A DNA stretch of 64,000 nucleotides from Flectonema sp. DT1601. Its lineage: Eukaryota. The notes under the pieces are model-generated. The model was not told the origin of the DNA and did no database searches. It saw only the letters and a list, made by a program, of their open reading frames with translations. The stretch lies in contig OZ025786.1 in the NCBI GenBank assembly GCA_964019425.1, positions 186,001 to 250,000 of the forward strand, written 5' to 3'. This document shows, one piece after another, positions 56,391-64,000 of this stretch. Position numbers and translations under genes: made by a program. How positions within the stretch are numbered: the stretch's first letter is position 1; every line of letters starts with the position of its first letter.

Positions 56391-59300
56391 ATGCCATTCT
56401 TTCCTCGAAAGGGGAGTGCGGGATCACCAATGTCACCAGGCAGTGGTAAGAATGTTACATTCAACACTCCGATTTCACATGAGAGTAGGAGTGGAAGTTT
56501 TTCTCCGATTCCTGAAAAATATCAGATGACTCCTGAAAAAGAAGAACATCACAAAAGAAACAGAGAATCCTTTGAAAGACTTGGACACATAACTCGTGAT
56601 AGAGAACGAGCAAGAGTATTACAACGACATCTGACTCAAATTCCGAAAAACTTATTTCTAAACCGCGTTGACTTAAACGTCGCATGCTGCACTTGGAATG
56701 TCGCAGAAACATCTGGTCAAGGAATCACTTCATTAGAAAAATGGCTTCAAACAAAAAGAGGAGCCGACCTCATCGCTGTTGGATTACAAGAAGTTGATAT
56801 GTCAGCGAGGGCACTCGCTACTTCTAATACTGGAAAAGCTGATCCCTGGGTCGACTGTTTAAACAGACATGCGATTCCATTTAATTTTAAAAAGTTATCA
56901 TCCCAATCACTTGTTGGACAACTCCTCGTTGTATTCGTCAGATCAGAATTATTCCCAGAAATTGAACATCTTTCTTCAAAAGAAGTAAAATTAGGAAGCG
57001 GTGGGTTCACTGGAAACAAAGGAGCCTTAGCAACATCATTCTACCTTCATTGTAAGAGATTTCTTTTTATAAATAGTCATTTTGTACCTCACACTGAGAA
57101 TACAGAAAGGAGAAATGAAAATTTCAATTTCGTCTTAAACCACCTTACGAAACAAGATCAGCCAATAACAACCACCTCGAACTGTCCTTGTACTAATCTG
57201 ATCGCATTCGGAACAACAGGTGAAGTAGGACAAAGCAGATCGATAGCTAGTGTTGATAAAGGGTTTTTTGGTTCTCCAAAAGCAGGTCAATTAGCAACTG
57301 TCAGCAACAGCATCATGGGAACAACGGATTATATATTTTGGATGGGTGATTTGAATTATAGAGTCGAAGGAGACTATGATGATGTAATGCAAGCCATCGC
57401 TCACAAACGTATTAAAGCGATCTTATCAAGTGACCAACTCACAAAAGAGAAAGAACGAGGAAAAGTATTTCAAAATTTCACTGAATCCACGATAACATTC
57501 CTCCCAACTTACAAATTTTTAAAAAACAGTGAGGTCTACAACACCAGTAAGAAAGGTTCAAAACGAAGAATCCCAGCATACACCGACAGAGTATTATACT
57601 ATAAGTTAAAAACACCAAAAGCAGATGACTTTCTACCAGTTGACAGTAATGTTATCAGATCAGTAAAATATAAAAGTTACGTAAACACGGTATCTGATCA
57701 TCACCCTGTGTGTTGTCTTCTTAAGGTAGCCGTCTATGAAGTGATGCCTATGATCATTGAGTCCGTTCTTGATATGGGAACTTCTGGAATGAGTCCCACA
57801 CAAATAGCAGTAAAACTATCAGAGCAGACTAACAAGCCTCAAGATGAGTCTTCCTTATGGATTCAAGATCATAATGGAAAAGTTGATCCATCGATATGCG
57901 GTCCTGGAACTTGCTATTCATCAGACGAGGATAGAGAAACTGTTGAGCAAAAACAATCAAAACGACTTGAGGATCGACTTGCTGCTGTTGAAAGTATTCT
58001 AACTCAAGGACCTCTTCCTGGAGATCAAACACTTGATAAACTTAAAGAAGGTCAAACAGGATTAGCTTCACGTGTTGAGATACTCGCATCAAGACTTCAA
58101 GACTTACCTGTTACACCTCATGAAGAGATTAATCTATTGGGTGAATCAATGACTCATGTTCTCGATAAGTTACATTCTGTTGAGGGTATTTTAGGTGTTC
58201 CTCATCAGGCAGAAGGACCTGATGAACAATTAACGAAGAGTGTCGACATTTTAAAAAAACAATTCTCACAAATATCATCTCGGATGGATCTCTTCATCAC
58301 CACAGTTGGAGCTGCTTCGAATGGCGGAGTACTTGCGACGGATATGATTCCCTTGGAGTATCTTGATGAGCCATCGCTATCAGAACAAGAAAGAATTCTT
58401 AGATCAGAAATGAGAAGTATCTACCTCGCTGGTTTCACAGCTGGTAATTTGGGAAGCAGTAAAGAAGACGCCAGTTTTGAAGAAAAAATGGAAGAGCGGC
58501 AATCGATTCTCGCCAGACGAGAAGAAGAACTTCGTTCGATGATGTCTCACAGAGAAGTAGAATGTGAAAGAAGAGAAAGAGAAGTACTCATGAGAGAGAA
58601 TGAAGTAAAGAACAGATCTGACACTTTAGAGAAATTACAAAAGTTCTTGAAGATAGGATTAAAGCTGCGGAATCTCTCTCCCACACGGAAGCGACTGCTG
58701 CTGATTCGCTTCAACGTCGCGAGGAAGACGTTCGCGAACAAGAANNNNNNNNNNNNNNNNNNNNNNNNNNNNNNNNNNNNNNNNNNNNNNNNNNNNNNNN
58801 NNNNNNNNNNNNNNNNNNNNNNNNNNNNNNNNNNNNNNNNNNNNNNNNNNNNNNNNNNNNNNNNNNNNNNNNNNNNNNNNNNNNNNNNNNNNNNNNNNNN
58901 NNNNNNNNNNNNNNNNNNNNNNNNNNNNNNNNNNNNNNNNNNNNAATCAAACCAACAGCTTGAGGCTGGCAGAGACACATTCACATCTCAACTTCATCAA
59001 CGAGAAATGTTCCTTGGGCAGAGAGAGTCACAACTAAACGCTGCTGAGAATAAGATTGGCGGCATAGCTTACGACTCAACTCCTTATAACACAACCAGAT
59101 CACCTTCACCAATGCAAGCATGGAAAGGTGTATTGGAAGGTCCTGTCACGGATAAGTCACCAGCAAGACTAAGAGGAGCATATCAAGATAGGAGTAACAG
59201 TCCGTTGACGGAATTACTTCGAGAAAATAATTTATACGACACGTCAAATGAAGTAGAAAGACAGAACTCGCTTTCTGTGTCGAGATATCCGTTTATGAAA

Positions 59301-59651
59301 CCAGAGCGATCATTATCACCGTCACCATCACCTGCACCTGTTCGTGCCTCAAGCATCCCTCAATCACCAATACTAGGAAGACGTCCTGTTGATAAGGTCG
59401 CGTCATTGTTAGCACCGTTTGCAACAGATTCCAGAATACCATCAAACTTCTCACGTATTGGTGCTGCTCGATTCCCTGACTCTTTTGTTTACTCTTTTGG
59501 TTCTCGTCAGATTACCATAAGACCAATTGGTGAAGTAAAAAAAGAAGCTCGTGTCTTAATTGGATCCGGTTGGATGCCATTTTCTGACTTTGTTACAAAA
59601 TTTGGAGATTCTGAACAACGTCGACTAATAAGAAAGAGTGGTCCCACGTAA
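56391..59651 (+). CDS. Inositol polyphosphate 5-phosphatase with coiled coil and C-terminal GAR/GAS2-like domain (spans an assembly gap)
   Basis: TWNV, GLQE, GNKG, NSH, FWMGDLNYR, PTYK, PAYTDRVLY, SDHHPV; C-terminal YSFG...RVLIGSGWMPFSDFVTK. Confidence 0.9.
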   Translation: MPFFPRKGSAGSPMSPGSGKNVTFNTPISHESRSGSFSPIPEKYQMTPEKEEHHKRNRESFERLGHITRDRERARVLQRHLTQIPKNLFLNRVDLNVACCTWNVAETSGQGITSLEKWLQTKRGADLIAVGLQEVDMSARALATSNTGKADPWVDCLNRHAIPFNFKKLSSQSLVGQLLVVFVRSELFPEIEHLSSKEVKLGSGGFTGNKGALATSFYLHCKRFLFINSHFVPHTENTERRNENFNFVLNHLTKQDQPITTTSNCPCTNLIAFGTTGEVGQSRSIASVDKGFFGSPKAGQLATVSNSIMGTTDYIFWMGDLNYRVEGDYDDVMQAIAHKRIKAILSSDQLTKEKERGKVFQNFTESTITFLPTYKFLKNSEVYNTSKKGSKRRIPAYTDRVLYYKLKTPKADDFLPVDSNVIRSVKYKSYVNTVSDHHPVCCLLKVAVYEVMPMIIESVLDMGTSGMSPTQIAVKLSEQTNKPQDESSLWIQDHNGKVDPSICGPGTCYSSDEDRETVEQKQSKRLEDRLAAVESILTQGPLPGDQTLDKLKEGQTGLASRVEILASRLQDLPVTPHEEINLLGESMTHVLDKLHSVEGILGVPHQAEGPDEQLTKSVDILKKQFSQISSRMDLFITTVGAASNGGVLATDMIPLEYLDEPSLSEQERILRSEMRSIYLAGFTAGNLGSSKEDASFEEKMEERQSILARREEELRSMMSHREVECERREREVLMRENEVKNRSDTLEKLQKFLKIGLKLRNLSPTRKRLLLIRFNVARKTFANKXXXXXXXXXXXXXXXXXXXXXXXXXXXXXXXXXXXXXXXXXXXXXXXXXXXXXXXXXXXXXXXXXXXXSNQQLEAGRDTFTSQLHQREMFLGQRESQLNAAENKIGGIAYDSTPYNTTRSPSPMQAWKGVLEGPVTDKSPARLRGAYQDRSNSPLTELLRENNLYDTSNEVERQNSLSVSRYPFMKPERSLSPSPSPAPVRASSIPQSPILGRRPVDKVASLLAPFATDSRIPSNFSRIGAARFPDSFVYSFGSRQITIRPIGEVKKEARVLIGSGWMPFSDFVTKFGDSEQRRLIRKSGPT
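58745..58944. other. Assembly gap (200 N)
   Basis: Run of n. Confidence 1.
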
Positions 59652-60073
59652 AGTTGGGTTCAGTCACTACTTTGATGGTTATCGCAGAGCCATTTTCCGT
59701 TTTTTTTTTTTTCAAAAAAAAAAAAAAAAAAAAAGCGCTGAACGCTTTAAGAAACCTGAAAATCAGTTACATGTCACCACCTATTTGTATTTTTTTTCTG
59801 TAATCTTTTATATGATGATTCTTGATCCTCCTTTCACTCCCCTTTTGTTATAAAGTAATTCTGTTTTGCTAGAACTCATATCGTGTTGATCATCTTCTAT
59901 TATTTATCTTAGATAAAAAAATAGAGAGACAGACAGACTTGTGTATACTAAATCTATTTGTCAATTAACAGATAATTCCCACATGTGATGTTTTGATCGT
60001 AATATTAATTAATTAGTTAACAATCTTTTTCATTCTTTTGTTTTAAAAGGAATTCAAACCTTTGCTTATATCA

Positions 60074-61531
60074 ATGCAGACGTTGGGCAAGACACTGGCA
60101 GTTGGACGAACTCCTTTTACACGTTATTGTAGTGGTGGTAAGTTTGGGGATATGAGTACTGAAGAATGGACGAAGTCATTCAAGAAAGAAACAGTTGATC
60201 TTGCTGCAATGGATGTCGACACTATCACATATCAAGAGTCGGCAGAGAGAATGAGAAAACTATTGAAAACTGGACTCCTACAACACACTGACCTACACAC
60301 TCATCCAGAACGATTCTTTCTGGCTCACAGACTGCTTGCTGAAAAAACACCTGTGTTAGGACCTGGTTTCTGGATTCGTTTCACAGTTCACTACAACTTA
60401 TGTGCCGGTACTGTTTTAGCTCTTGGCTCTGAAGATCAGTTAAAAGTGTTGAGTGAAATGCAAACAAATGGTCTTCTCGGTTGCTTCTCTCTAACTGAAA
60501 AACTAGCTGGCGTTAGTTCTGGTTTAGTTGTGAATACAGTGGCTGAGTTTGATTCAGAGAGTGATACTTTTGTAATATCATCACCTGAAGGTGGAGCACA
60601 AAAGAATTGGATCTCTCAAGGACTAGTTGCTGATAAAACTGTTGTTGTTGCTGACTTGCGTTCTAATGGAAAGTCATTTGGTCCTCACGCGTTTTTGATA
60701 AACCTGAGAATTGATGGAAAGGTTGTCCCAGGAGTAGATCACGGTGACATGGGTAAGAAGACTGTTGGAAATGACCTCGATAATGCTTGGATAGCATTCA
60801 ATGGTGTAAGGGTACCCAAATCCTCATTGTTAAACAGATACGCTGACATTACTTCTGATGGATATGTTCAAAAAGTTAAAGGTGTCCCTGTATTCCATAT
60901 GATTGGACAACGATTATTCACTGGTAGAGTTGCTGTAGCACAAGCAGCGCTTGAGTTCCGCAGATCATTGTTTCACACGACCAGACAGTTTGCCGATGGT
61001 AAGACTTGTTGGGCTCCAAAAGGTACGCGACCGCTGAGTTCAATCCCGCAGTTGAAAAAACTGTTTGAAGAAAATAGTGAAAACATGAAACTTTTAGATA
61101 CTTTTGTATCCAAGTGTGAGTCTCAGCTTTGCTCGTCACTTCGCAATAACGAAATGCCGAGTCTGTCTTTAGTGGAAGCGATTGCCGTAGCGAAAGTTAA
61201 ATGTGTCGAAGATTCTATCGACTTCGTCCACAGACTACGAAATGAAATTGGATCTTATGCTCTTATGCATGGCACCGGTTTTGAACAAACTGATTTTCTC
61301 ACTTGTTGCAAATTCGCAGAGGGAGATAGCAGAATTCTAATGCAGAAGATGTCAAGAGACCTTTTACGTTTGTATTCAAAGAAACCTTCTGCTGTTGTTC
61401 CTAACGAAGCTGCTTTATGTGAAAAACTATCCTCATTGAAGGAGGAAGATGCAGAATTCTCTGAAGGTATTTACTCACTGGCGGGGTTGATATTGGAAAG
61501 GACTACTCGGGCGGTAGTTTCAAAATTATGA
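60074..61531 (+). CDS. Acyl-CoA oxidase/dehydrogenase-family flavoprotein with PTS1
   Basis: GCFSLTEKLAG, AQKNWISQG, DMGKKTVGNDLDNAWIAF, GRVAVA, FAEGDSRILMQK; ends in -SKL. Confidence 0.9.
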   Translation: MQTLGKTLAVGRTPFTRYCSGGKFGDMSTEEWTKSFKKETVDLAAMDVDTITYQESAERMRKLLKTGLLQHTDLHTHPERFFLAHRLLAEKTPVLGPGFWIRFTVHYNLCAGTVLALGSEDQLKVLSEMQTNGLLGCFSLTEKLAGVSSGLVVNTVAEFDSESDTFVISSPEGGAQKNWISQGLVADKTVVVADLRSNGKSFGPHAFLINLRIDGKVVPGVDHGDMGKKTVGNDLDNAWIAFNGVRVPKSSLLNRYADITSDGYVQKVKGVPVFHMIGQRLFTGRVAVAQAALEFRRSLFHTTRQFADGKTCWAPKGTRPLSSIPQLKKLFEENSENMKLLDTFVSKCESQLCSSLRNNEMPSLSLVEAIAVAKVKCVEDSIDFVHRLRNEIGSYALMHGTGFEQTDFLTCCKFAEGDSRILMQKMSRDLLRLYSKKPSAVVPNEAALCEKLSSLKEEDAEFSEGIYSLAGLILERTTRAVVSKL

Positions 61532-62147
61532 AAGGGGAAAAAAAAAAAAAAATCGTCTTTTTATTTATTTTAATATTGTGTCATAAACTAACCAAAGCAA
61601 ACCAACTACGGATTTTTGATTTTGATTTGATTTTTTTTTTTTTTTTTTTTGATTGAGCTGGTGATTATTAATACTAACTAAGCAAAGCAAGAAATTTGGA
61701 ATAAAGTCCCCCTAAGAACTTATATATTGATGAAAAGTCAAAAAAAAAAAAAAAAGGAGGACAAATAGTATAAGATTATAGCCTGAAATGCATTTTTGTT
61801 TTTTAAATTATTTTCTTTTTTTTTACAATAAACTCATACTAACGAAGCTAAAGTAGAAAGTATTTTACCGAACGCTACTTCATACTTTTGCGCATACAAT
61901 TTTACACTTTTGTTTCATACTCTGAATTATATTTGGACAAAAAAAAAAAAAAAAACGATGTTCAAAATAATTTCGAATTTATAAATAAATAAATAAATAA
62001 ATAAATAAAAGACTATTCAGATAAGTCTTACATTTCATTGAACGCAGAGAGAATGAGAAAATAGATAACATTCGACCAACGGACTTTAATAGTTTATTTC
62101 TCTGATATAAAAGTTACCCAACCCAAAAAAAAAAAAAAAAAAAAAAT

Positions 62148-63904
62148 ATGGCGGAATTAGAAGGGCTCGAAAGACTGCTTCCTGTTGTTAACCAGCTTCA
62201 GGATGTGTTCTCAAAAGTTAATATGGTTCACGAACTTGATTTACCGCAAATTGTTGTTGTTGGTGCTCAAAGTACCGGAAAGTCGAGTGTCTTAGAAAAC
62301 ATTGTTGGAAAAGATTTCCTTCCAAGAGGCTCTGGAATCGTCACCAGAAGACCTCTGGTTCTGCAAATGACAAAGTTGACCGCTGAAGAAGAAGAAAGTA
62401 GAAAAAGTCGTTCTGAAGCAACCGAGTGGGGTACATTTTTGCACAAACCGGGTGTTGTGTATACTGACTTCGTAGAAATAAAAAATGAAATCTCAAGAGA
62501 AACTGAACGACTCTGTGGTGACAAGAAAGGTGTCAGCTCTGACCCTATAAGACTTAATGTAACATCTCCAAACTGCTTGGACCTGACAGTTATTGATTTG
62601 CCTGGTCTGACTAAGATTGCTGTTGATGGTCAACAAGAAAATATAAAAGAAGCAATTGAGGACATGGCAATTGAATATTGCAAACCTAAGAACACAATAA
62701 TACTCGCAGTCACAGCAGCTAATACTGACATTGCAAACTCTGACGCTCTTCAATTAGCGAGAAGGGTTGATCCTCAAGGTGATCGTACTATCGGAGTGTT
62801 AACTAAATTAGACTTAATGGATGCTGGTACCAACGCTCTTGATGTCCTTAAGGGTAATGTCGTTAAGTTAAAAAGAGGTTTTGTAGGACTTGTCAACAGG
62901 TCTCAAAGAGACATTGATATGATGAAAAATGTTAAGGATTCGTTGGAATCAGAGATGGATTTTTTTAAAAGTCATCCAATCTACTCAAAATATGCCAACA
63001 AGCAGTTAGGAACTAAATTCTTAACTCAGACTCTGAGTGATAATTTATTAGTTCATATTAGGAAATGTCTTCCTGAGTTAAAACAGAATATCGAAAACTT
63101 ACTAAAGCAAACTGACCTTTTACTTAAAGAGTACGGCCAAAGTGAAATGGGACCTGGTTCCAAACTGCTACAGCTACTCTCATCATACTCAACCAGTATT
63201 ATTCAAAACTTAGACGGATCAAACGTACCAGGACAGATTAGCAGTAAGATTGAAAAGACCAGAGGAGGGGCTAAGATCAACAGCATGTTCTCGACGGCAT
63301 TCGTTCCTCACTTAGAAAAATTATCACCTCTGGATAGCATTGACGATGATCAGGTTCAAACAATAATTAGTAGTTGTCAGGGAACTAGAAATAAACTTTT
63401 TATTCCTGAACAGGCTTTTGAAGCACTTTGTAGAATCTGTATCAGGTCTCTCGAGAGTCCTTCTTATAAATTAGTTGACCTCGCTCATGATGAATTAGTT
63501 AACTTAACTGAGGATACTTCACAGTCTTTGGCAAGATATCCTAAATTGCAATCATGTGTATCAGACTACATGAAAATATTTCTTCTTGAGTACAAAGAAC
63601 CTTTGACAGCATTTGTAGGAAACTTAATGGACATGGAAACCGCTCACATTAACACAAACGTATGTTTCTTTTTTTTGGTGACGGGCTAAGGCAAGAACAG
63701 AAATCTCACGTAGAGCATAAGGGTAAAAACTTGCTCGATACGCGATCTTCAGTACCGATCCACGGTGTGAAAGCATGGCCTAATAACTTTATCACTTTTC
63801 TATTCATTCAAACACAGCATCCTGAATTCTACAACGGAGGATCAATTGATTCTCTGATCGTGAGCTGGACGCAGTCAAAGCCTGATACGACTCCCCAGAC
63901 AGCG
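62148..63904 (+). CDS. Dynamin-related GTPase (Drp1/Vps1-like), continues beyond the window; exons 62148-63659, 63818-63904
   Basis: LPQIVVVGAQSTGKSSVLE, LPRGSGIVTRRPL, DLPG, TKLD; INTN|HPEF across the intron. Confidence 0.95.
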
Positions 63905-64000
63905 GTATGTTATTTCTTTTTTTGCACCAAACGAAGTCTGAGAAGAAACTATTCAGATTAAAAGCCGTTTATTTATTATGTCAAATGTTATCTATTTCCC

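Noticed and set aside
58635..58744. Odd basic peptide before the gap in the 5-phosphatase
   Set aside because: Another frame reads KVLEDRIKAAES...RREEDVREQE and continues the coiled coil; probable 1-nt error next to the gap.

Overview
Eukaryotic (protist) genomic DNA in two zones. Zone 1 (1-~22.9 kb) is a repeat and mobile-element block. It holds a hairpin-rich AT satellite (~29 units) interrupted by two pogo/Tc1-type MITEs nearby, a CpG-depleted insert and two apparently intact Mutator (MULE) transposons with TIRs and 9-bp TSDs. Next come a truncated Polinton/adintovirus-type protein-primed DNA polymerase B, a Crinkler-like HNH nuclease ORF, and a perfect (AACAG)196 tract attached to a triple stem-loop retroelement-like 3' end. 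A Josephin-like protease fragment is followed by a hammerhead ribozyme whose strands are in a non-circularly permuted (pseudoknotted) order, then a deleted pogo element. Zone 2 (23.2-64 kb) is a cluster of ~19 host genes, all on the + strand, with short GT-AG introns: DENND6-like, SHIPPO/SAM, RPL35A x2, a microprotein pair, PDI, phytochelatin synthase, beta'-COP, CH-domain, EF-hand/WD40, Tam-like methyltransferase, a small spliced mitochondrial protein, inositol 5-phosphatase-GAR, acyl-CoA oxidase-like and dynamin. This layout suggests a euglenozoan such as a diplonemid (inference). All protein assignments come from motif recognition by eye; no searches were run.
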